NCBI RefSeq assembly: GCF_018350175.1
Contig: NC_058368.1
Location: 39,186,001-39,250,000 of the forward strand
Length of the DNA: 64,000 bases
Direction of reading: 5' to 3'
Source: Felis catus
Taxonomy: Eukaryota
Under the pieces are notes generated by a model. It searched no databases. It was not told the DNA's origin and was given only the letters and a program-made list of their open reading frames with translations. This document shows, piece after piece, positions 1 through 10,009 of this stretch (its first letter is position 1; every line of letters begins with the position of its first letter). The position numbers were made by a program, and so were the translations under genes.

Positions 1-223
1 TCTTTTTCCAGTCTCTGACTCTCAAGAATGAATCCACTAAATTCCAAAAATCTTTTATATTGAAAAAACATACTAGATGAACATATATATTTCTCCCACA
101 GTATTAACTAAATTCATTATTAGCATTAAGCTCTGTTATTAAGTAAAGGTAAGATCTTATTGTCTCCTAACATTAAAAAGTACATGAACAATGTCATGAT
201 AATTTAGAAACTCTCAAAAGTTA

Positions 224-433
224 GGGGGCCTAGGTGGCTTAGTCAGTTAAGCGTCTGACCAGCTCAGGTCACGATCTCATGGTTTGTGAGTTTAAGCCCC
301 GCTTTGGACTGTGTGCTGACAACTCAGTGCCTGGAGCCTGCTTCAGATTCTGTGTCTCCCTCTCTTTCTGCCCTTCCCCTGCTTGTGCTCTGTCTCTCAA
401 AAAATGAATACATGTTAAAAAAATCATTAAAAA
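224..433 (+). mobile_element. Carnivore SINE (SINEC_Fc-like)
   Basis: GGGGGCCTAGGTGGCTTAGTCAGTTAAG tRNA-like head, CT-rich body, A-rich tail; TSD TCAAAAGTTA at 214-223 and 438-447. Confidence 0.95.
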
Positions 434-544
434 TCTTTCAAAAGTTAAGGGAACTACTTTTACATATATTAGACTAGCTTGTGTGTAACTGAGTTTCAAA
501 GAATGATTAGAATAACCTCAATCTTTCCTTAAAAAAAGTATTCA

Positions 545-660
545 TGTTGTGGTCCAGTTTCTCTCATTTTAAGAAAAGAGGTTCAGGCCAAAATCAGAAA
601 GTGATCCAACTAGTAAGTGACAAAGCAGGAATCTGAGACCAGATCTAACTGATTCTAATA
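545..660 (-). mobile_element. MIR fragment (degenerate)
   Basis: CTAGTAAGTGACAAAGCAGGAATCTGAGACCAG resembles the reverse complement of the MIR core. Confidence 0.45.
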
Positions 661-690
661 CACTTATATTCTGTCCTCTATATTGTGCTA

Positions 691-758
691 CAATTCAGTA
701 AGATACAACAACTGATATATGTATCAATTCAGTAAGATACAAAATTGAGGTATGTTTT
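691..758. repeat. 34-bp-period tandem duplication
   Basis: CAATTCAGTAAGATACAA at 691-708 and 725-742. Confidence 0.85.
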
Positions 759-944
759 AAGAATTCCATAGTGAATTAGGTTTAATAGCAATAATTTAAT
801 AGAGGAATGTCACTATAATTTCAATTGGTTGCTTATTCTTTGACTTTGAAGAAAACCTCTTTAAACACAAATTGTGATGTTGACAGTGTTGCTTAATTTA
901 AATAGAATATTTTCAATATTTCAATAGATAATTTAGGTAAATCT

Positions 945-1080
945 AATATCATCCAATTTTTGTATAAAAAGCAAAGGAGGCTTAAAAATTATCACTGAGT
1001 TGATTAAGTTTGTACAAGCAGGGAGAGGCAGATCTGTAACCCAGGTCCTTTGAATGTCAAGCCAAATGCAGTTTTCACTG
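945..1080 (-). mobile_element. MIR fragment (degenerate)
   Basis: GAGGCAGATCTGTAACCCAGGTC and upstream CATCCAATTTT resemble antisense MIR. Confidence 0.4.
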
Positions 1081-3132
1081 CCTTATGGTTGTCTTTAGTG
1101 ATGATAGGTCTTTCTGAAGATGAAACAGAAAAGGCAAGCAAACAATATTTTCAGTGCACTCCATGCCTAGTGTTTCATCTCTGATCTACTGGAAAATCGC
1201 TCTTCTCACTGATTTACTATCAACTTGTTTTGAGTTGTTGCAAACAGGTAAGAATATGGAAATAACAGTTTCCTTTGGGAGCTGAAGCAGGGAAAATTGA
1301 AATAGACAGCTTACTGGCAAAAAACAGAATCTGTGGTGGTAGTTCAGATATATATTTTTTTAATGGAAATGATTTGCAGTGTCCATAAATAAGTTAAAAG
1401 TTATATTTCACCACAGATATATGGCACATGTACTCAATGCCTTAGAAAAGGGAGGAAGGGAGTTCTTAAAGTTGCCAACCCATACAGAGCCATTCAGTGT
1501 ATTTGATTTCTCTCATGCATTGTGTGTAAAGCACCCTCTTCCACGTTAGAACTTCCATGTTTATATAGCTCCATCTACTCCCTAAAACAAATGTTTAGGG
1601 ATAATTAAAAAGGAACAAGAAATAAACATCTGTTCATGGTCTATTTCTACATGCTTTCAATTATAAAAATAATTGTTTTTCCTTATGTAGATTTTGTATG
1701 TATATTCTGTAATACTGATTTCAGTGAGTAAATTCAAAAATCATTTCTATGTATAGAAATATATAAAACAATAATCATTAATATTAAATAAAATATAAAT
1801 ACAACATTTCAATCAAATTCAAATATGATTTAAGTTTAAAATTAAACATGTTTGAATTTCTTTTGTAAAACGTTAAAAAGGGGTATGGCAGTGTGATGTT
1901 TCTCCCCATCTACTGAATCGACATTATATTTTTATTACACATTTCCATAAATACGAAAACATCTTTGAATATCTCACTTCTTTAGACAAAAAAAACAGCA
2001 AAATACAGACATGCAGATGTGCCTACAGAATGTGGAAATCTCCCTTGAGCCCCCACACCCCTCTTATTCCACTTCTGAATAGTTTCCAACTAAAACTTAC
2101 AAGTTGTCTACTAGCATCAGTTGGTTGCATTCAGATTTTCAAAGATATTTCTGCATTACCCTCATATTGTAATTCCTCACATATTCCTTATCATTGTTTT
2201 TGTATACATTTTCTCACTGATATCCTTTTTTTTTTTTTTTTTTTTTGCCTATCTCCCATTCTCTCTCTGAAAATTTTAAGATTGTTTCTTTATTTCTTAG
2301 TCTCCAAAAGGACACAGCAGTATGTTTCAGTGTGAATTTTGCCATGCTCATTGGCCTGGGCACTCAGAGGAATGTTATTTATGGGTTCATATCCATACAT
2401 CCCCATAGTTTTTGTGTATTCTGTTGTTAATCATTCATTACTCATGGTTTTCTCTGTTCTTTCCATTATGTACAGATATTAGTCAAATGCTGAACCCTTG
2501 TATTCATTTATTTTTCTAAAAATTGCTCTCTTGTTTATTTTTTTCTAATCTCTGAAAGTTTTCTTAACTGTGTCTATGAATTCTTTCATTGATTCCATTT
2601 TGTGGAATCACACACTTAGTATTTCCTAGAACTTTTTTCTGTTCTCTTGACTGTTCTTTTTTTGTTTTTGTTTTTTTGTCATAAAATTCTATTTCATGCA
2701 TCATAGATTCAGTATCTTATTATATATTTGAAGATAATGTACTATTTTCTGAATATAATTTCTGAAGTGAATATTTATTTTATTTCATGGATTTCCTTTG
2801 CATGCTGTTATTTGGTTTGTGTTTTTTATATTGATTTGCTACTTTTGCTTTCTCACACACTGAAAATTTTTGAAATTGTAGTTTCATTGACTCCTCTGTG
2901 TTCATGGCTTGAAACTATTGAGAATTCTTTATTGGGAAGAAAAAGAGTCTTTATTGGGAAACTTTCTTTTATGAAATGCACCATCAATGTTATGTTCAAT
3001 AGGTCATGTATTTAGGTTGTTTTGCTTTTGGAAGAGCAGTACCTTTCAGTCTCTTCTCAGGGTATTTTAGGAAGTTACCTGCATTGTAAAGTGAATAAGA
3101 GAAAGACTTTAAATTCCGTTTAACATTAAGCC

Positions 3133-3330
3133 TTAGTGACAGAAATCGGAATAGTTAATGCCCTGAGTTGAGAGGGGGATGGGAATATTGATTGGAAAGG
3201 GCATTGTGGAAATTATCTGAGGCTATAGAAGTGTTTTATATCTTGATCTGAGGGGAGGTTTTGTGTCCGTATAAATACGTAAAAAATTATTAAGTTGTAT
3301 TCTTAAGATTTATGTGACTTAAACTCATAC
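3133..3330 (+). mobile_element. Ancient L1M (L1MD/ME-type) 3' UTR fragment
   Basis: AGTGACAGAAATCGGAATAGTT...GTTTTATATCTTGATCTG...CTTAAGATTTATGTGACTT pattern typical of old L1M 3' ends. Confidence 0.55.
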
Positions 3331-4599
3331 AAAAGTAAACTATTAAGATTTATTTCATTAAGAATCTTCAAAGCAATCAAGATGGTATTTCAGTCTTCAG
3401 TGTAGAAATCCATCATGTTAGAATGTCCAGACACAATGTAAGAGACAGCCACTTAGGACACACATGCAATCTGAATGCATGGTGTCCACACCCAGCTCCC
3501 CATTTGAATGACAAATATTGGGGAGAGGAGGGTTTGAAGGCAGAGAGAGAAGGCTTGGAGAAGCTCTGTAAGAAAAAAATCTAAAAGGGAGGACTTCAGA
3601 GTGTTCTAAGAGAGTTCCACATCCCACTCCCTGCTCCCTTCTTCTTTCGACTCCCTGGACCCAGTCACCTTGTTACCTGTGAATATTATGGAGCCATTAT
3701 CATTCTGAGGGAGAAAAAAAGAAAACCTCACTAAAACTGGAGTATAGGTCTTGACTTTTGCTGGTGCAAAAATGAGAATTACACCCTACAAATATCTCTA
3801 TATAAAGTGTTGGAAGAAAAACTAGAAAGCGTTTGATAAGTAACTTCATTGTCTGATTGCTTTATCTCTTCTCTAGGGCAATGGAAAAAAAACCCTCTGC
3901 AATGGTTTGGCATACAGAAAAGGGAAGGAAAAAGATTCACAGCATTAATATATCTTAACCACAAATATATATCTTTGGCTTTAGGAATTCCAAAGCAGGA
4001 GCTGATCTGTGCTATTTTAGTCATATTTTCATGATATATATCATCTTTCTTCAATCAGAAGGAATGAAGATATTTCAAAATAATAGTAAAAAATATTTAT
4101 TTTCAAGTTAATTAACCTGTATGAACTAGATATACAGCTTGATAAATACTACCTAATTTGTTTAGTGCTTTGAGGTTTAAAAGCTCAACAATATCCTTCA
4201 TGGTTGTCTAAGCTTTCCACTTGCTCCCTGCTGGGTATGCGATGTGAAAACTAAAAATTAAAAAATTAAAACAAATAATTGAATGTCTTATATGATTTTT
4301 AAAATACTTGGTGTTAAATTTTGATGATTGTTATTAGACAAAATAACTTACACAGATGCACTATGAAATTGTTATTGTAATTCCATATTTGTCGCAATAA
4401 CAGTCATTATCTCTATTTTTGGCATTGATGTTAAAAATTTCTGTAGGCTTACTCAAAATAAAATGCACAGAATCATACCTACAAATTTACTCATAGAATA
4501 AGCATAAATCATATTCATGTGATTATAAGTTTTTAGCGTCTATATTAACATTATCCTGAAGAAACACACAAGGTTTCTAGAGCAGAGCAGGTTGTTATT

Positions 4600-5093
4600 T
4601 ACTTAGAGCAAGTAATATCTGCATTGTTTCTCTGTGTCTAATTCTTACCTCTAAGGTGACCTGACAAAATCCAGATATCACCCTACACTTGCAAGTTCTG
4701 TATTGTAAGCAAGGAGTCATGCCCAAGTGATTTTTTCTGCACAGGAAAAGAGGCAGCTGTCCCTCTTTCCCATCTGAGAAAGTTTCCTTTGAAAAATAGT
4801 GGAAAGAATACTTGTTTTCTTACTCTACCTCATTGGTATATAAATAAACCTCCCCAGGGGAAAGATAGGATCAGAGTTACCAACTTTGCAGCTAAAGAAT
4901 ATAACCACAGGGTCTCAGTACTCCTTGAAATGTAAATGTGTATCTTTGGGGAAGTAATATCTCTGGAGTTCTCTCACTGTATTATTAGTCATAAAGGATC
5001 TCTCAAGGCTTGTTTTTAGCATAGGTCCCAAGTTACAGTAAGAATTGCACAGAAAGCCCTAACTATGCAGAAACCTGAAAATGTTTTCTCTAT
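4600..5093. mobile_element. Probable ancient ERV1-class LTR (family uncertain)
   Basis: About 500 bp of higher GC content sharing CTCCTTGAAATGTAAAT and CTCTCAAGG motifs with the neighbouring MER34-like LTRs. Confidence 0.35.
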
Positions 5094-5558
5094 AGTTCCA
5101 CAAATTTCTAAAGTTAAGTCATATTGCCATGAGTAAAATATAGATAGGTATTTATGAAGAAAAACAAATTTAATTTTATGAGTGCTGTGATGGCCTTGGC
5201 ATTGGGTATAATTATTAGGATGAGAGGTAATAGATTAAGAAATATAGTAATTATTTATCAAAATTAAACATTTTTATATATTGGCTTATAACTACAAAAT
5301 AATTTTTCTGAACATTATCTTTTGCCCTTGAAAACAATTTTGGTAATTAGGTGGTATTATTAATGTCATTGAAATTTCATTCATACACCAGTTCACTTCT
5401 GCCAAAGCAAACCAAGTTTGAGTGGAAGACGTGAAACTAGGCTTCTCAGGTATCATTCAGTGTCCTTTTCACTACGTAATGTTTCTCTGAAGATGCTAAT
5501 GAATATCATCTTCTAATTGGCCTAGTAAGTTAAAAAAGATAGATTGATCGATAGATAA

Positions 5559-5589
5559 TACATATGTACATACATACATACATACATAC
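5559..5589. repeat. (TACA)n microsatellite
   Basis: TACATACATACATACATAC run. Confidence 0.9.
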
Positions 5590-5621
5590 CCATCTAAATA
5601 CAGAGATAAATAGGTAGATAG

Positions 5622-6222
5622 TGTTAAGGAATTATAATTAAAAACAAAATCGTTTTCAACCCAAAAATCCTCCCCACAAATTAGAGAAAGAAAATATTTT
5701 TATTATTGAATGAGCGTCAAACCAGACTCTGATGTACACCCCAGGCAATCTGCTATGAGATTGCACAGACAAAAAGATTATACCTTGTTAAGTGGCTGAG
5801 CAGCACCATTTGTTGCATGTAATCCATCCTGAATTCACCTAGTAATTGGCTTTACACAAAGGAAAAATAAACTTCTTCCGTCTTCATTATGGAACGTAGT
5901 TTTGCATGTTGGAACAAGATGCCTCCTGAAGTTGGGCTCCTACCCTCCCACAGAAACTGGGAGATAGGAGTGCTATCTCCCTTGATGTTTATGTGTTAAA
6001 GAGATGGGGCCCAGGTCCTTGAGAAAGACACTCCTGAGTTATAAAGCTGGCAAAAGCCTTCTTTAGTTCTTGAAGGATCTAAATACATTTGAAAGAGATG
6101 AAGAAATAAATTACAGTTGCAAGCTTTCTGAAATAAATGCTCTGCTAAAGAGATGGAGAAGTCTATTCCTTCATTTCAGCATGGAGAATTAAGCCTATTT
6201 TTAAATTTTATTTTCCCTTAGA
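5622..6222 (-). mobile_element. MER34-group ERV1 solo LTR
   Basis: Reverse complement contains GATAGCACTCCTATCTCCCAGTTTCTGTGGGAGGGTAGGAGCC, characteristic of MER34-family LTRs; about 600 bp. Confidence 0.75.
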
Positions 6223-6948
6223 TAGTACCTATATTCACAAAACAGACACTGGTTTCAAAAGCTTTCCTGATGACAATACATTTTATCTATTTGTATCAAA
6301 AAATAATTTGCTTTTTTTTTTTTTTGCTTTTTCTACGATGCGTGATTTTTTTTCACAACTTTTATTGTGTATGCATGAGACTGTTGTTTTCTTTATCTCC
6401 TCACTGAAATGCTTGTGAGGCATTAATATAAAAAAAATCTGAAGGAGTAAATAACATTACATTATAATGTTGCTTATAAAGATATGAACTAAATGACTGT
6501 GATAAAGAGATTGTGATGAATATGTGTTAAATGATTGTGACAAAGCGTCCAGGTTCTGAGTAGAATATGATTATTAATTCAGTGTTATGTTAGAGTGCTT
6601 CTATTTAACGTTCAATAACATTAACTATTAAATTAAGATAAATATTACTTGTCATTGCACTAATATTATCAAGAGTAATTTCCAGGATAAATTTCAAATG
6701 TATATTTAAAAATCTGAAAGAAATATTTTTCAAACTCATCAGTTATATCTTTTCATTTACTAGAGATAATACCTAGATCATTTGCATCAATTCATAGTTT
6801 AGCCAGGCTGGAATATTTACACATGTCATGTAGTACCTCACCATACCTGCTGATGCAGCAATGGCAATTTAACTTTTTTTTTTTTTTTTAGAGAACATAC
6901 AATATTTAGTTGTAGCAGTTAATTTAAAGATAAAGGCCTACTGTCTTT

Positions 6949-7455
6949 TGTAAGGATAAATAATATTAAAAGTAGGATACATAAATTAAAAACAAGACAG
7001 TTCTCCATGTTGAAAATAAGGGAAGATATTCCCTTCCTCTCCTTTTTTCTTAGATCATTTATTTTAAAAACCTTAAAATGTTATCCTTTCTTGGAGAGGT
7101 ATGTAAATCCTTTCCTTTTGCCAGCTTTGTGACCCAGGAGTGTCTTTCTCAAGGACTTGAGCTCCATCTTTTTAAAATGTAAACATCACTGTAGATAGCA
7201 CCTCTATCTCCCAGTTTCTGTGGGAGGGTAGGGGCCTAACTTCAGTGGGCATCTTGTTCTAAGTTGCAAAAATACCTCCTGTCATAAAGATAGAAGAAGT
7301 TTATTTTTCCTTTGTGTAAAGCCAATTACCAAGTGATTTCAGGATGAACAACACTACACGTGACCAGTAGTGCTATCAAATCCTCTTACTTGAGGATTAG
7401 TCCTTGTTTATCTCAACAGCATGTATGTAATGGGTTGTGTCTGCTTGGCTTTCAG
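6949..7455 (+). mobile_element. MER34-group ERV1 LTR, 3'-truncated
   Basis: Starts TGTAAGG; contains AAATGTAAACATC...GATAGCACCTCTATCTCCCAGTTTCTGTGGGAGGGTAGGGGCCTAACTTC; homologous to 5622-6222 in the opposite orientation. Confidence 0.75.
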
Positions 7456-8368
7456 TTTCCCCCACAAACTGAAAGTAAACACTTCCAGAGATATTTCATG
7501 AAAAATTATATTGCTCAAAAGATGGAAGACACCATGTCATTAAAATTGCAAAGAAATATACCAGAATATTGTTTGATGCATGATGTTCTTGAAAAGAGGG
7601 TAGAGATGAAAGGACTAAAGGAAATCCTTGTTAATAGAGAAATTCTCATCTGAAGAAATTCATACTTAAATGAAAGATATTTTTAGCCTTCTACTTTCAA
7701 GAGTTTGCAGTGTAACTAGGATTCAAAGATACAGCTATATGATCAGCATAATAGAATTCTTATGTTAATTTTAATTTTTCACACATATACACATACACAC
7801 ACACTGTCCTGATCTATAAACACAAATGACATTGGCATATTAATTATATCCAGAAAGACCATAAATTCTGTCATTTTTTACATATTTTTTATTCATAATC
7901 ATGCTTAGCAGGTATTATGCATATAAAATGATGCTAAAATTTCAAAATTATTTCCACTTATGCAACCAGTGGATAATAATCAGGGCAGACATAGACATGT
8001 GTATCAATGAGAGGAAGAAAAACTAGTTTTGAAAAAAATAGAGTGAGACCAATAAAGCCTAAGATGTGGAAGACAAAGGCAAACAGGATATATGAGAGGC
8101 TCTGTTTATTTAGACAATATATTGATGAGATAACACATTCAAGTGTTGATATTTAGGTGCTTTAGGAAATTTATATTATTTCCAATATAAATCTGAGTCA
8201 GAGTTTAAATTTGAAGAAAAAGAGGGAAAAGAGAAAACTTAGGCTCACATTGGAGAACTACATAATGAAATATGTAAGTGTTACCTGAAGTTCTCTTGAA
8301 ATGTGAACGAATTTTTTTTGGAATTTATAATGGTGGAATCTCCAACTGACTTTATTGACAATCTATTT

Positions 8369-8617
8369 CAGGTTTTGGCAAACTTTTCCTGTGAAAGGAC
8401 TGAGAGGAAACATTTTTCACTTTGCAAGTTGGGAGCTCCTTGCTATAACGACTCAACACTTTCTTAGTGTTCAAGTAGCCATAGGCATAGCCATAAAAAT
8501 GAATGAGCACAGATGTGATATGATAATATGCAATATACAATAATATACAATCATGTTTTATTTCCACAAACAGGCCATGGACTGAATTTGTTTAAGAGTC
8601 ATAGTTTGCCAATCCCT
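8369..8617 (+). mobile_element. MER58A-like hAT-Charlie DNA transposon (MITE)
   Basis: Terminal inverted repeats CAGGTTTTGGCAAAC / GTTTGCCAATCCCT; internal GCCATAGGC and TTTATTT..ACAAACAGG match MER58A. Confidence 0.8.
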
Positions 8618-8829
8618 TACTTATTTAATTAACCCTCAAAATTTGAACAGTATTTTAGTAGAACATTAGTTATTCAATATATATGAGCACTTAAAGTAAT
8701 TGGTATGGAAACTCACATTTTTTTTAAATAATAGAATTTATTTCTTATGCTGATTAAATTTTTCATTACTTTTTCAGAATATTCATTTGAAAAAACTGGT
8801 TTCATCTTTTGGGATAGATTTTTAAAAGG

Positions 8830-9260
8830 TATTCAGTATTGTTGATAATTGGATATGTGATTATGATACCATAGTTATATCTTCTTAAAGAGTCCTTATT
8901 TTTAATACTGTACTAACATGTTAATAATAGGGGAAATTGTGTGCAGAGGGGAGGGGATATATGGGAACTCTGTATTATTTTCTTAATTTTTTCTGTAAAT
9001 ATAATACTGATCTAAAAAGAGAATCTATTTTTTAAAAAAGAAAAGTCCTATTTTTAGATATATATACTTTTAAAAACATAAATTATGTTGTGATGTGTGG
9101 AATGATCTCTAAATAAAACAAATAGGGAGAATTTACATGAGGGTGAAGATGAAGTATAGCTTACCATGAGTTAATCATTGTTGATCTTTGTGGTGGTAGG
9201 TACATGAGAATTTCAATTTTCTGTGTATTCTTTCTGTTTATATGTGTACTACGATTATTC
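8830..9260 (+). mobile_element. Old L1MC-type 3' end with a nested second L1M 3' fragment (about 8905-9040)
   Basis: ATGTTAATAATAGGGGAAATTG...GGGAACTCTGTATTATTTTC; AGTCC(T)TATTTTTA repeated on both sides of the inner piece. Confidence 0.55.
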
Positions 9261-9280
9261 ACACTAACAGCAGTAAACCT

Positions 9281-10009
9281 GTCTATTAGTTCATAGGGAT
9301 GCCATAACAGAAACCTAACTGGATGGATTGAACAGAAATGTATTTTATAAAGTTCTGGAGCCTAGAAGTTCAAATTCCAAGGTGTTGGTAGCCTTTGATT
9401 TTCCTGAGGTCTTTCTCTCTCCTTTACTTCCAGGTGGCTGTCTTCTTGCTATGTCCTCGTACAGACATTTTTTTCCCCTTTCAGCTTTATTGAGATATAT
9501 TGACAGAATTGCAGGATATTTAAGGCATATATTATGATGATTTGGTATGCATTGTCAAAGGATTCCTCATCTAGTTAATTAACACATCCATCATGTCATG
9601 CACTTATTTTTTTCAGCGATAGGAATAAGGTCTGAGAATCTAATGTAAAACCTGTTGACTATAGTAGATAACACTGTATTGTGTTATTGAAATTTGCTAA
9701 GAGAGTATAACTTAAATGTTTCACACAGCCTTTTCTCTTCCACATTCCTTGGCATTTCTTTTTCTACTCACAAGCACACCAGTCCTGTTGAATTAGGATC
9801 CTACCCTATAGACCCTATCTTAAATTAATCACCTCTCTGAAGACCCAGTCTCCAAATGCGGTAACATGAACTAGTGCCCACCTATATGGTCTCATTTAAC
9901 CTTAATTACCTCTCTAAAGGCCCTATCTCCAAATCAGGTTGCGTTCAGAGGTAATGGAGGCTGAGACTTCAACATATGAATTTACAAGTATACAATTCAG
10001 TTTGTAACA
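9281..10009 (-). mobile_element. MLT1 (MaLR) solo LTR, interrupted by an L1 fragment
   Basis: GGATGCCATAACAGAAA...GTTCTGGAG...AAGGCCCTATCTCCAAAT...GACTTCAACATATGAATTT...ACAATTCAG..TAACA is antisense MLT1A/B. Confidence 0.85.
9468..9727 (-). mobile_element. L1MA9-like 3' fragment with 5' inversion
   Basis: 9468-9613 is an antisense L1 3' terminus (CAGCTTTATTGAGATATA); 9614-9727 is the immediately upstream L1 segment in sense orientation (GACTATAGTAGATAACACTGTATTG...TTGCTAAGAGAGTA). Confidence 0.75.

Noticed and set aside
691..758. CRISPR-like repeat-spacer unit
   Set aside because: Only two units, the spacers are similar to each other, and the context is mammalian; a simple tandem duplication
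5622..7455. Provirus or DNA transposon bounded by long terminal repeats
   Set aside because: The LTRs are inverted rather than direct, and the 730-bp spacer has no gag/pol/env or transposase similarity
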